From Candidatus Iainarchaeum sp. (lineage in GTDB: Archaea > Iainarchaeota > Iainarchaeia > Iainarchaeales > JAZDDZ01): a stretch of DNA of 64,000 nucleotides. How positions within the stretch are numbered: the stretch's first letter is position 1; every line of letters starts with the position of its first letter. The translations under genes were made by a program, and so were the position numbers. The DNA is taken from assembly GCA_043809245.1 (NCBI GenBank), contig JAZDDZ010000054.1, forward strand, positions 36,838 to 100,837, given 5' to 3'. The notes beneath the pieces are model-generated. The model had not been told where the DNA came from. It saw only the letters and a list, made by a program, of their open reading frames with translations, and did no database searches. Shown here one piece after another: positions 46,249-54,944 of the stretch.

Positions 46249-47457
46249 ATGGCTGGAAAAAGTGAAGCTACTCAGTCTGAGATAAACATTGGCCTCACAG
46301 GGCATGTTGACCACGGCAAAACCTCAATTGCTCAAACCCTTACAGGCAAATGGACTGACACGCACTCTGAGGAAATAAAGAAAGGCATTTCAATAAGGCT
46401 TGGGTATGCGGATGCGTCGTTCTACAAGTGCGATGAATGCAAGGGAGCGGAGGCTTACACGAATTCAGAGAAATGCCCTTCCTGTGGAAAAAAGGCAAAG
46501 CTCTTGAGAAAAGTCAGCTTTGTTGATGCACCAGGGCATGAAACGCTTATGGCGACAATGCTGAGCGGAGCCGCGCTTATGAACGGAGCAATTCTTGTCA
46601 TTGCCGCAAACGAGCCCTGCCCGCAGCCGAGGACAGCGGAGCATTTGATGGCATTGAATATCGTTGGAGTGAAAAACATTGTTGTCGTGCAGAACAAAAT
46701 AGACTTGGTTGACAAGGCGCAGGCATTGAAGAACCACGCGGAAATAAAGGGCTTCCTCAAGGAATACGGCTTTGAGAACGCCGTGATAATTCCTGTTGCA
46801 GCGAACTTCGGCGTGAACAGGGATTTGTTGATTGCTGCGATTGAGAAAAGCATTCCCTCGCCAAAGCACTCTGTTGAAAAGGGCCTGAAAATGTACATTG
46901 TCAGGAGCTTTGACGTCAACAAGCCGGGAATAAAGCCCGAGGAACTGAAAGGCGGGGTTGTTGGCGGAAGCATTGTGCACGGAGAGATAAAAAAAGGGCA
47001 GGAAATAGAGCTTTCCCCCGGCATTGATGGAAAAAAAATAGGCACAACCATTACCGAGATAAGCGTCTCTGCTGGAAAGCTGGAGAACGCGCATCAAGGC
47101 GGCCTGATTGGCGTGCAGACAAAGCTCGACCCCTTTCTGACGAAAAGCGACCAGATGAGGGGGCAGATAGTCGGAGAGCCGGGAAAATTGCCTGAGCCGA
47201 CGAAAAGCCTGAAAATGGAGATATCGCCGCTGAAAAGGCTTATCGGCGTGACACCATCCGAAATAAAGGTTAATGACGTGGTTGTCCTTGCATTGGGCAC
47301 AATGACCGCGGTTGGAACTATTGTGAGGAAGCTTGCGGGAAAAGAATTCGAGGTATTGCTGAAAAATTTTGTTGTTGCGGAAAAAGGGCAGAATGTCGCG
47401 TTAAGCATTCGCGACGGCTCGCGCTGGAGGCTGGCGGCTTATGGAGTCGTCAGGTGA
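46249..47457 (+). CDS. eif2g: Translation initiation factor aIF2 gamma subunit
   Basis: INIGLTGHVDHGKTSIAQTLTGKWTDTHSEE...Zn-knuckle CDECKG...CPSCGK. EF-Tu-like domains. Confidence 0.9.
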   Translation: MAGKSEATQSEINIGLTGHVDHGKTSIAQTLTGKWTDTHSEEIKKGISIRLGYADASFYKCDECKGAEAYTNSEKCPSCGKKAKLLRKVSFVDAPGHETLMATMLSGAALMNGAILVIAANEPCPQPRTAEHLMALNIVGVKNIVVVQNKIDLVDKAQALKNHAEIKGFLKEYGFENAVIIPVAANFGVNRDLLIAAIEKSIPSPKHSVEKGLKMYIVRSFDVNKPGIKPEELKGGVVGGSIVHGEIKKGQEIELSPGIDGKKIGTTITEISVSAGKLENAHQGGLIGVQTKLDPFLTKSDQMRGQIVGEPGKLPEPTKSLKMEISPLKRLIGVTPSEIKVNDVVVLALGTMTAVGTIVRKLAGKEFEVLLKNFVVAEKGQNVALSIRDGSRWRLAAYGVVR

Positions 47458-47842
47458 AAAAAAGGCCAGGGGCGTGGCGCTTGACGCGAACATGCTTTTG
47501 GCGGTAGAGCAGTTCAGGGTTGATTTGAAAGAGGGGTTGAAGAATATTTTCGGCGGAAAAATAGAGGTTGTTGTTCCAACGCAAGTCATGGAAGAACTTG
47601 AAAGGCTGGGTGGAAAGGAAAAAAAGCTGCAGAGGGCTGCAAGTGTTGCGGAAAAGGTTTTGAAGCAATTGAATGCAGTGGAAAAAAAAGTGGATGCGCG
47701 GAATGCGGATGAAGCGCTTCTTTTGCTTTCGGAAAAAGGTTACATTGTTGCGACAAATGACTGGGAATTGAAGAAAAAAATCATGAAGAAAGGCGGCAAA
47801 GTGCTGCATTTGAGGCAGAAAAAGCGCTTGGAGTTCGCGTAA
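47441..47842 (+). CDS. PIN-domain protein of the conserved aIF2gamma-rpoE-spt4 operon (Fcf1/Nob1-like)
   Basis: VALDANMLLAVEQFRVDL...IVATNDWELKKK acidic PIN residues. Conserved archaeal neighbourhood. Confidence 0.55.
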   Translation: MESSGEKKARGVALDANMLLAVEQFRVDLKEGLKNIFGGKIEVVVPTQVMEELERLGGKEKKLQRAASVAEKVLKQLNAVEKKVDARNADEALLLLSEKGYIVATNDWELKKKIMKKGGKVLHLRQKKRLEFA

Positions 47843-47924
47843 CGAAATGCTGTTAAATTGATGCGGAATGTTGCGTTTTTTAAGTTATTGGTGAAAAAAA
47901 TCTGAAAAGGAGTTGAAATAAAAC

Positions 47925-48542
47925 ATGTACGCGGTTTGCAGTGTAAGGGACACGGTAAGGGTTCCGCCAAGCGATTTGGGCGGAAGCCTCAGGAAAGCCA
48001 TGCTTAAGCTGACGAGGCAGACTTACGAGGGATTAATGGATGAGGACATAGGGGTTGTTGTAACGGTTTTAGAGGTTGAAAACATCGGCGAGGGAAGGGT
48101 TATTCCCGGAGACGGCGCGGTTTATGTTCCCGCTGACATAAAAATGCTTGTATACAAGCCGGAAATGCATGAAGTCGTTGAAGGGTTTGTGACCGAGATA
48201 ACGGAGTTTGGCGCTTTCCTGAGGACAGGGCCTGTTGAAGGCTTGATTCACGTGAGCCAGGTCATGGATGACTACATCAATTACGATGCGAAAAACAAGG
48301 TTCTCACGGGAAAACAGCACAAGAAAAAGCTTGGGGTTGGAGACGACGTGTTTGCAAAGGTTGTGAGCATTTCATTTAAGGGAAACATTTCGAATTCAAA
48401 AATAGGCTTGACCATGAGGCAGGAAGGATTGGGAAAAGCGGATTGGAAAAAAATTGACGACAAGGCGGTAAAAATAAAGGAACGTGAAATAAAAAGCGAA
48501 AAAAAGCCGGAAAAAAAAGATAAAAGCGAGGGAAAGAAATGA
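47925..48542 (+). CDS. rpoE: RNA polymerase subunit E' (Rpo7) with an S1 domain
   Basis: MYAVCSVRDTVRVPPSDLGGSL... then S1 fold GFVTEITEFGAFLRTGPVEGLIHVSQV. Confidence 0.85.
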   Translation: MYAVCSVRDTVRVPPSDLGGSLRKAMLKLTRQTYEGLMDEDIGVVVTVLEVENIGEGRVIPGDGAVYVPADIKMLVYKPEMHEVVEGFVTEITEFGAFLRTGPVEGLIHVSQVMDDYINYDAKNKVLTGKQHKKKLGVGDDVFAKVVSISFKGNISNSKIGLTMRQEGLGKADWKKIDDKAVKIKEREIKSEKKPEKKDKSEGKK

Positions 48543-48733
48543 ATAAGGGAAAGGCTTGCAGGCAATGCAGGCGTGTAATAGAGGAAGGCGACAAGTGCCC
48601 GGTATGCGGGGGAAGCGCTTTCACAACCTTCTGGAGGGGCTATGTTGTAATCATTGACTCGGAAAAGTCCGAGATAGCGCAGAAAATGGGTATAACCACG
48701 CAGGGAAGGTTTGCGTTAAGGCTTAGCAGGTAA
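48539..48733 (+). CDS. spt4: Transcription elongation factor Spt4 (RpoE'')
   Basis: ACRQCRRVIEEGDKCPVCGGSAFTTFWRGYVVIIDSEKSEIAQKMG. ATGA overlap with rpoE. Confidence 0.75.
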   Translation: MNKGKACRQCRRVIEEGDKCPVCGGSAFTTFWRGYVVIIDSEKSEIAQKMGITTQGRFALRLSR

Positions 48734-48754
48734 AAAGGAAAAGGAGAGGAGAGA

Positions 48755-49099
48755 TTGAAGCTGAACATATATTCAAGGGAAAAGAACCCTTTGCTTGAAA
48801 GGGAGGAAATAAGCTTTGGCGTTGAAAGCGCAAGCGTAACCCCTTCAAGGAAAGATGTCAGGGCGAAAATCGCGGCGCTTGTGAACGCGAAAGAGGAAAC
48901 CGTTGTCATTGAACAGTTAAGGCAGCGCTTTGGCGAAAAAAAAACCGAGGGAACCGCAAGGGTTTACGCGTCTGTTGAAAAAATGAACAAAATAGAGCCC
49001 AAGCACCTTGTTGAAAGGAATTTCGGCGGCGGAAAAAAAGGGAAAAAGGAAGGCGAAGCAGAAGAAGCGCCAAAGGAAGATAAAAAAGCCGAAAAATGA
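48755..49099 (+). CDS. rps24e: Ribosomal protein eS24 with a K/E tail
   Basis: KLNIYSREKNPLLEREEISFGVESASVTPSRKDVRAKIAALVNAKEETVVI. Confidence 0.8.
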   Translation: MKLNIYSREKNPLLEREEISFGVESASVTPSRKDVRAKIAALVNAKEETVVIEQLRQRFGEKKTEGTARVYASVEKMNKIEPKHLVERNFGGGKKGKKEGEAEEAPKEDKKAEK

Positions 49100-49104
49100 A
49101 AAAC

Positions 49105-49200
49105 AGTTTAAGATGAAGGAAAAATATATGCAGGAGGGGAATCAGGAAATACCTAAAACTGAAGGGGAACCTGGGTTCCCCTGCGGTTTGGAAGGAGTGA
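49105..49200 (+). promoter_or_regulatory. Conserved promoter + 5'-leader cassette, copy D (AAGATGAAGGAAAAATATATG...GGGGAACC-TG-GGTTCCCC hairpin ...TGCGGTTTGGAAGG), upstream of rps27a
   Basis: Same cassette as 12241-12330. Confidence 0.6.
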
Positions 49201-49205
49201 TTTGA

Positions 49206-49397
49206 ATGGCTGACAAGGGCGGAAAGGCAAAGGGAAAGAAAAAAAAATCAGATTACTACAAAATCAGCGGGGAAAAAGCCGAGAGAAAAAACAAGGCCTG
49301 CCCTAAGTGCGGCGCAGGGGTTTTTCTCGCAGCGCACAAGGACAGGGTTGCATGCGGCAAATGCGGTTACACTGAATGGCATCAGGGCGCAAAATAA
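49206..49397 (+). CDS. rps27ae: Ribosomal protein eS31 (S27a), zinc-ribbon form without ubiquitin
   Basis: [43 protein letters not shown]. Confidence 0.8.
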   Translation: MADKGGKAKGKKKKSDYYKISGEKAERKNKACPKCGAGVFLAAHKDRVACGKCGYTEWHQGAK

Positions 49398-49940
49398 ATG
49401 TCCTTGGAATTTTTTCTCCAGAACATAATTTTTGACGCCTCATTGGCTGCGGCGGCTGTCTTATTCTACCTGTTCAACAAAAAAAAGCCAGTGAAAGAGC
49501 TTTTTCTTGAAAAGCCGAAAAGCATGAGGCGCGAGCTGAAGAACACGCTTGTGCTTACCGGCGCGCTCGTGCTGGCTTCAATTGCAATAGGGCTGCTTCT
49601 ATACCCCTTTGGGCTGAATGATTCGGCTAAGGCAATTGAAAAAATAGCAGAGGTAAAGGAAATGGGTTTGTTTTTCCTAATCTACCTGTTCACTGTAAGG
49701 GTTGCGGTGGAAGAGGTTTTTTTCCGCGGCCTGCTCACGAGAAAAACAGGCGTAATAATCTCCTCTATTATTTTTGGCTTGAGCCATTTCGCTTACGGCT
49801 CGGCAATTGAATTGATTGGGGCAACTGCTTTGGGAGCGATTCTGGCAATTGCATTCAATAAAAACAGGTCAATTTATTCAAACATCCTTGCGCACTCGGC
49901 ATATAATTTTATTACTCTGGCAATGGCTGGATTGATATGA
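49398..49940 (+). CDS. CPBP-family (CAAX/Abi) intramembrane metalloprotease
   Basis: EEVFFRGLL, FGLSHFAYG and HSAYNF motifs in TM helices. Confidence 0.7.
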   Translation: MSLEFFLQNIIFDASLAAAAVLFYLFNKKKPVKELFLEKPKSMRRELKNTLVLTGALVLASIAIGLLLYPFGLNDSAKAIEKIAEVKEMGLFFLIYLFTVRVAVEEVFFRGLLTRKTGVIISSIIFGLSHFAYGSAIELIGATALGAILAIAFNKNRSIYSNILAHSAYNFITLAMAGLI

Positions 49941-50521
49941 ATGGAAAAATAAGCAAAGCCGTTGAATCGCTGCGGAAAGGCGGGGTAATAGTTTACCCCA
50001 CTGAAACAAGCTATGGGCTTGGGGCAAGCATTGAATGCATTGGAGCAATAAGGCGCATTAAAAAAATCAAGGGAAGGGATGGAAGGAAGCCTATTTCAAT
50101 AATTGTTTCCAGCGCAAAAATGGCGGAAAAATACTGTGTACTGGGAAATGATGCAAAAAAATTAATGCGTGAATTCATGCCAGGGCCTTTAACGCTTGTT
50201 GTGGATAAAAAGAAAACCGTGACAAAGGAATTAACGCGGGAAAAAACGATTGCATTCAGGGTTTCCTCAAACAGGACAGCGAATGCGATTGTGAAAGCGC
50301 TTGGAGTTCCGATAACTGCGACGAGCGCAAACAAAAGCGGGGACAAGCCGATTTATTTGGGAAAAAAAGCTGAAAAGGAATTTGCGGGAAAAGTTGATTT
50401 TGTGCTTAATGCGGGAAACCTGCGGAGACGAAAAGTTTCAACGGTTTTTTCAGTAATGGAAAAAAAAATTCTTAGAAAGGGAAAAATTAGCGAGAAGGAA
50501 ATTCTGAGGGTGCTTAAGTAA
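49937..50521 (+). CDS. tsaC: L-threonylcarbamoyladenylate synthase TsaC/Sua5 (YrdC-only form)
   Basis: GGVIVYPTETSYGLGASIEC...KGRDGRKPISIIVSS...FMPGPLTLVV. Confidence 0.8.
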   Translation: MNGKISKAVESLRKGGVIVYPTETSYGLGASIECIGAIRRIKKIKGRDGRKPISIIVSSAKMAEKYCVLGNDAKKLMREFMPGPLTLVVDKKKTVTKELTREKTIAFRVSSNRTANAIVKALGVPITATSANKSGDKPIYLGKKAEKEFAGKVDFVLNAGNLRRRKVSTVFSVMEKKILRKGKISEKEILRVLK

Positions 50522-50641
50522 TTGTTTAGGATTTGAATCAGAAATTATAACCACTCCCAATAGAGAATTTTTTCTTAGGACTCTGATTTTTCGGCTTAAA
50601 CCTTTGCACGCCTGATTTCTACTTTTAGTGCAAAGGATTTA

Positions 50642-50887
50642 ATGCCTCCAAAATCAGCAGAGACGTCCACGAAAAAATTCATTCTTTATGGAGGTGGTTC
50701 AATGGTTAAAATTCAACTCCCATCAAGGGGGAAAAGAAGGTTGGCTGAACAACTGGTTAGAATAGATCCAGAGAATTTAACCGATAAGGAACGTTGGATT
50801 CTGCAAGGGGCGATTTCTGATGCATTCCCGCATCGGAAACGCACTCCCGAAAGAGCTATAAAGAGAAAAAAGAGGAATTTATTATGA
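50642..50887 (+). CDS. Hypothetical basic 81-aa protein, translationally coupled (ATGA) to the next ORF
   Basis: ORF only. Overlaps the downstream start. Confidence 0.3.
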   Translation: MPPKSAETSTKKFILYGGGSMVKIQLPSRGKRRLAEQLVRIDPENLTDKERWILQGAISDAFPHRKRTPERAIKRKKRNLL

Positions 50888-51708
50888 ACCCGATTATAAC
50901 ACTAAACGGACTGCTTAGAGCTTATTTGTACAACAAATGGAAAAGTCCAAAAATCGAATTGATTATTTATAATGCAAAATTTGCTCAAGTGACTGAAAAA
51001 TTAAATGAAACTTTTTGTGCTATAATTGAATTTGGGAATGACCCCATATTGATAAAAAAAGCTCCATTTGGAAATAGGTTTTATTCACAAGTAAAAAATC
51101 AAACTTCCGTTCTTTCTATTGCAAAGTTAATCAGTTTAGAAGAAAAAAATATAATAAGAGAATTGGTAAAAGAAAATGGAGGCTATTACACAAAGAATGT
51201 AGAAGTGCAAATAAATCCTAGCGAATGGAACATGCAATTTCATGACTTTTTTACTGAAAGTCCTGAAGAACAACAATTGGTAAAAGAATTAGCGGAAAAC
51301 TTCAAAATGCAGAATATTACTGCAAATTCAAAAAAAGCCAAAAAATATGGCAACGGGGACATTCTTTTAACCTATCAGCAAAAGGAAGTTCCCATTGAGA
51401 TTACAATACACCCTCCAAGTTATAGACAAAAAGAAATCAAAAAAGGGATTAATGCTCCACACGGCCAAAAATGGGGAAAAGTGACCTCCAGAATTCTTCC
51501 AATGTTTATTTTTTCTGTAAACAATAAAAGCCCTTCCTTCATAATAATACATAACGATTGGAAAAAATATTCTCACACACAAAAACTTAAAGAACAGATT
51601 AAAAAATCAAAATGTTTTTTAATTTATACAAATTTCCAAAAAGATTGGGAAAAATGTGTAAGAGCAGAAATTGAAAGATTCTTAGGTGATGAACTTTGTT
51701 ATGTCTAG
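50884..51708 (+). CDS. Hypothetical 274-aa protein encoded by a conspicuously AT-rich segment, wedged between tsaC and kae1
   Basis: Long ORF in a compositionally deviant (AT-rich, N/K/I-rich) stretch. Its 3' end overlaps the TTG start of kae1. Confidence 0.4.
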   Translation: MNPIITLNGLLRAYLYNKWKSPKIELIIYNAKFAQVTEKLNETFCAIIEFGNDPILIKKAPFGNRFYSQVKNQTSVLSIAKLISLEEKNIIRELVKENGGYYTKNVEVQINPSEWNMQFHDFFTESPEEQQLVKELAENFKMQNITANSKKAKKYGNGDILLTYQQKEVPIEITIHPPSYRQKEIKKGINAPHGQKWGKVTSRILPMFIFSVNNKSPSFIIIHNDWKKYSHTQKLKEQIKKSKCFLIYTNFQKDWEKCVRAEIERFLGDELCYV

Positions 51709-52676
51709 GAATTGAAAGCACCGCACACAGCTATGCCGTTGGAATAGTTGATGAAAAATGTAGCATATTAGCTAACGAAAAACATGCTGTTATAACTGAA
51801 GAAGGGGGATTGATTCCAAGGGAGCTTGCAGAACACCACTTAAAATATGCAAAACCAGTGATTGAAAATGCCCTCAAAAAAGCAAGGGTGCAGCTAAAAG
51901 ATATTGATTTGATCGCCTTCTCTCAGGGACCAGGAATCGGCAGCGCACTGACGGTTGGAGCGGTTGCAGCCAGAGCATTGTCTTTGGCGCACGGCATTCC
52001 ATTGATTGGGGTAAACCACTGCGTGGCACACATTGAAATCGGGAGAAAGCTCACAGGGGCAAAAAACCCTTTGGTTGTTTATGTCAGCGGCGCCAACTCG
52101 CAAATCATTGGATTTGAAAGCGGAAAGTACCGCGTGTATGGTGAAACGCTTGACATTGGCCTGGGAAACCTGCTGGACAATTTTGGAAGGGCAATGGGCT
52201 TGGGTTTTCCCGCGGGGCCAAAGCTTGATGAAATGTATTTCAATGCAAAAAAACTTGTTGAATTGCCTTACAGTGTCAAGGGAATGGACTTGGTTTTCAG
52301 CGGGCTCTTGACCGCGGCAGAGCAGAAAATCGGCAAAGCGAATGAAACGGATTTGGCTTACTCGTTAATGCATACAGCGCTTGCAATGGTTTCAGAGGTC
52401 AGTGAAAGGGCTCTGGCGCACACTGAAAAAAAAGAACTTCTATTGGTTGGCGGGGTTGCTGCTTCTAGGGCTTTAAGGGAAATGCTGCAGGAAATGTGCA
52501 AAGGCCAAAAGGCAAAGTTTTTTGTTCCGCCATTCGGCGTGTGTATCGATAATGGTTTGATGATTGCATGGCAGGGGCTGCTGGAGCACGTGCACGGGAA
52601 AAGAATGGCGCTGGAGGAAACTGAAATCAACCAGCGTTTCCGCACAGACCAAGTTCAAGTGAACTGGATGAAATGA
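51696..52676 (+). CDS. kae1: tRNA N6-adenosine threonylcarbamoyltransferase Kae1 (KEOPS catalytic subunit), not fused to Bud32
   Basis: LCLGIESTAHSYAVGIV...GPGIGSALTVGAVAARALSLAHGIPLIGVNHCVAHIEIG (His pair for metal binding). Confidence 0.9.
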   Translation: MLCLGIESTAHSYAVGIVDEKCSILANEKHAVITEEGGLIPRELAEHHLKYAKPVIENALKKARVQLKDIDLIAFSQGPGIGSALTVGAVAARALSLAHGIPLIGVNHCVAHIEIGRKLTGAKNPLVVYVSGANSQIIGFESGKYRVYGETLDIGLGNLLDNFGRAMGLGFPAGPKLDEMYFNAKKLVELPYSVKGMDLVFSGLLTAAEQKIGKANETDLAYSLMHTALAMVSEVSERALAHTEKKELLLVGGVAASRALREMLQEMCKGQKAKFFVPPFGVCIDNGLMIAWQGLLEHVHGKRMALEETEINQRFRTDQVQVNWMK

Positions 52677-52683
52677 TTTTTTT

Positions 52684-53805
52684 TCAGAAGTTCTGGCTGA
52701 TTATTTTTTCCGCTTCAGTGAATGGAATGTTGAATGCATCTGAAACTCCTTTATAGGTCACTTTTCCGCGGAACATGTTCAGGCCTTTCATTAGCGCGGG
52801 GTTTTCCTTTAAAGCGTTTTTTATTCCCTTGTTTGCGAGTTCCAGGACATAGGGAAGCGTTGCGTTCGTGATTGCGATTGTTGAGGTACGCGGGTATGCG
52901 CCGGGCATGTTTGCAACGCAGTAATGCACTACTCCGTCAACCTCGTAGACTGGCTTTGAATGCGAAGTGGCTTTGGATGTTTCAATGCATCCCCCCTGGT
53001 CTATGGCAACGTCAACAATCACAGAGCCTTTTTTCATCTGAGAGACAAGCTCCTTGGAGACAAGCTTTGGCGCTTTTGCCCCGGTTACAAGCACCCCTCC
53101 AATCAAGGCATCGCATTCCTTTGCGAGCTTTTCAACTGATTCCTTTGAGGATTTTTCAATTGAAACATTAGGCAGTTCCTGTTTGAGCTGCTGTATTTTT
53201 TCGTCGTTTATTTCAAGCAGGGAAACATTTGCACCCATTGCAGCCGCTATTTTTGCAGCGTTCTGGCCGACAATTCCGCCGCCTAAAACCAAAAATTTTG
53301 CAGGGTCAACGCCTTTCACGCCAGTTGCAAGGATGCCCCTTCCCCCCAAAGGCTTTGCAAGATAGTTTGCCGCAACGATTGCGCTCATTTTTCCCGCGAC
53401 CTCACTCATTGGAGCAAGAAGAGGCAAGGAGCGGTCAGGCAGTTCAACGGTTTCATAGGCAATGCATGTTGCGTTTGATTCAATCATTGCGTTTGTCAGT
53501 TGCTCTCCTGAAGCGAAGTGAAAGTAAGTGAAAATAGTGCTTTTCTCGTTGAAGAAATTGTATTCCTGGTGCAATGGCTCCTTTATTTTCAAAACCAGTT
53601 CAGCTGTTTTCGCGATTTCGTGCGGCGAGGAAATTATTTCCGCGCCTGAGTTCTTGTATTCCTCGTCGGAAAACCCAGAGCCCAAGCCAGCGTTTTTTTC
53701 CACCAAAACCTTGTGCCCTGCCGCAACGAGTTTCCCGGTGCCGTTCGGCGTCAACGCAACCCTGTTTTCATTCTCCTTTATTTCCTTCAAGCAACCAACA
53801 ATCAT
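52684..53805 (-). CDS. ald: Alanine dehydrogenase
   Basis: MIVGCLKEIKENENRVALTPNGTGKLVAAGHKVLVEKNAGLGSGFSDEEY...LVLGGGIVGQNAAKIAAAMGA (Rossmann). Confidence 0.8.
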   Translation of the reverse strand: MIVGCLKEIKENENRVALTPNGTGKLVAAGHKVLVEKNAGLGSGFSDEEYKNSGAEIISSPHEIAKTAELVLKIKEPLHQEYNFFNEKSTIFTYFHFASGEQLTNAMIESNATCIAYETVELPDRSLPLLAPMSEVAGKMSAIVAANYLAKPLGGRGILATGVKGVDPAKFLVLGGGIVGQNAAKIAAAMGANVSLLEINDEKIQQLKQELPNVSIEKSSKESVEKLAKECDALIGGVLVTGAKAPKLVSKELVSQMKKGSVIVDVAIDQGGCIETSKATSHSKPVYEVDGVVHYCVANMPGAYPRTSTIAITNATLPYVLELANKGIKNALKENPALMKGLNMFRGKVTYKGVSDAFNIPFTEAEKIISQNF

Positions 53806-53806
53806 T

Positions 53807-54097
53807 TTATCCCTCCATTTCAATGCTTTTCTTTTTTTTAACCTCATTTAAAAGAACCTTCATTGCCGCGGCTCCCGCGGCAACCGCGCTCCAGTCGTTT
53901 TTCGCGGCATCAAAGAATTCGCCTGCAGCTGAAAGGCGCGCGTGAACAGAAAAATTCTGCCTTTTTCCTTCCTTGCCTTTCTCGTGCTCTTTAATGTGCA
54001 CGTGAAGGCGCAGTTCGTTGGGAAAAATTTTCTTAAGCTTTTCAAATGCAACAGTGCATTCGTTCATTAACTGCTCTTTTTCAAAGCCGTCATTCAC
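53807..54097 (-). CDS. Possible ribosome hibernation factor-like (HPF/RaiA/YfiA-fold) small protein
   Basis: LRLHVHIKEHEKGKEGKRQNFSVHARLSAAGEFFDAAKNDWSAVAAGAAAMKVLLNEV resembles the HPF core (…V.V.K…V.A…G.…A…D.Y.AID…L…L). The stop abuts the ald start. Confidence 0.33.
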   Translation of the reverse strand: MNDGFEKEQLMNECTVAFEKLKKIFPNELRLHVHIKEHEKGKEGKRQNFSVHARLSAAGEFFDAAKNDWSAVAAGAAAMKVLLNEVKKKKSIEMEG

Positions 54098-54193
54098 CTT
54101 GCTAATGCCGTCAAATTCCAGAAGCTGCTTTTCTTCAAAAGATTTCGCCAGAAAAAACCACCTTAAAAGATTAGGTGAGTTTTGGTTAAAAAG

Positions 54194-54844
54194 TTAATGG
54201 ATTGGGGTATACAATGAATGGCTGCAAATGAAGTTAAACCTGCAGCGGGCGCACTTATTGGCGTGCGGCGAGGGATTGAATTCCGTTTCACCCCTGAACA
54301 ACGAGTGAAAGCGGTTGACTGCTGAAAGGGTTTGCTCCCTTAATTCCTCGGAGAATTCCGTGAAAAGAATGGTTTCAAGTGAGCGGGAATCCCTTACACT
54401 CAGGAATACATTGGAGGGTTTGGGGAATATTTCCTGAAAGCACAGGGCATAGGCACCCAATTGCATTAGGTCTGCATTGGAGGCAGTGCTTTTTGTCTTG
54501 TCGTCAATGATTATTGCGCGGTCCTGGAAAATTTTGAGCTCGTCAATGCGGCCGTTTAAAAAAAACCTGAAGGATTTCACGCTTAACTCCCTAACAGAAA
54601 TCGGTTCAGCGGAACCCAAAACTATTTTTTCTACATAACTGTGCAGCGGCTCGCGCAGTTCTTCCGCTCCGCTTTTGAACTCCTGGAACAATTTCGCATG
54701 CTGCCTTGCGCCCGCAACCAACGCCAAGGAGAAAGGCGCCTTTATTTTTTTCACCTGCGCCAAAAAAAGCGAGTGCTCGCAGTAAAGCATCTGCTGCAGC
54801 CAGCTTACCGGTAAAAATTCCCTTTCAACCAATCCGAACATCAA
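54194..54844 (-). CDS. Stand-alone Cas4-like PD-(D/E)xK nuclease (DUF83) with a 4-Cys cluster
   Basis: N-terminal YCEHSLFL. GRIDEL...IIIDDKTKS nuclease motifs. QLGAYALCF (QxxxY). C-terminal CARCRFNFIC. Confidence 0.58.
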   Translation of the reverse strand: MMFGLVEREFLPVSWLQQMLYCEHSLFLAQVKKIKAPFSLALVAGARQHAKLFQEFKSGAEELREPLHSYVEKIVLGSAEPISVRELSVKSFRFFLNGRIDELKIFQDRAIIIDDKTKSTASNADLMQLGAYALCFQEIFPKPSNVFLSVRDSRSLETILFTEFSEELREQTLSAVNRFHSLFRGETEFNPSPHANKCARCRFNFICSHSLYTPIH

Positions 54845-54944
54845 AGAGATTTACGCGAGCAGGGTTAAAAAAGAAAAGGGATAGTGGGTTTCCGGTGCGG
54901 AAAACAAAAAAGAACACACATATATACAAGAAAGCACTAAATTA

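Noticed and set aside
49008-49205. 65-aa K-rich ORF between rps24e and rps27a
   Set aside because: Its N-terminal part is the other frame of the rps24e K/E tail. The rest overlaps the conserved promoter/leader cassette copy D. It has no SD in proper context. Judged a frame artefact.
50602-50638. 9-bp inverted repeat CCTTTGCAC/GTGCAAAGG considered as a mobile-element terminal repeat
   Set aside because: Single hairpin only. No matching partner repeat at the other side of the AT-rich ORFs. Noted within the t6A-locus finding instead.
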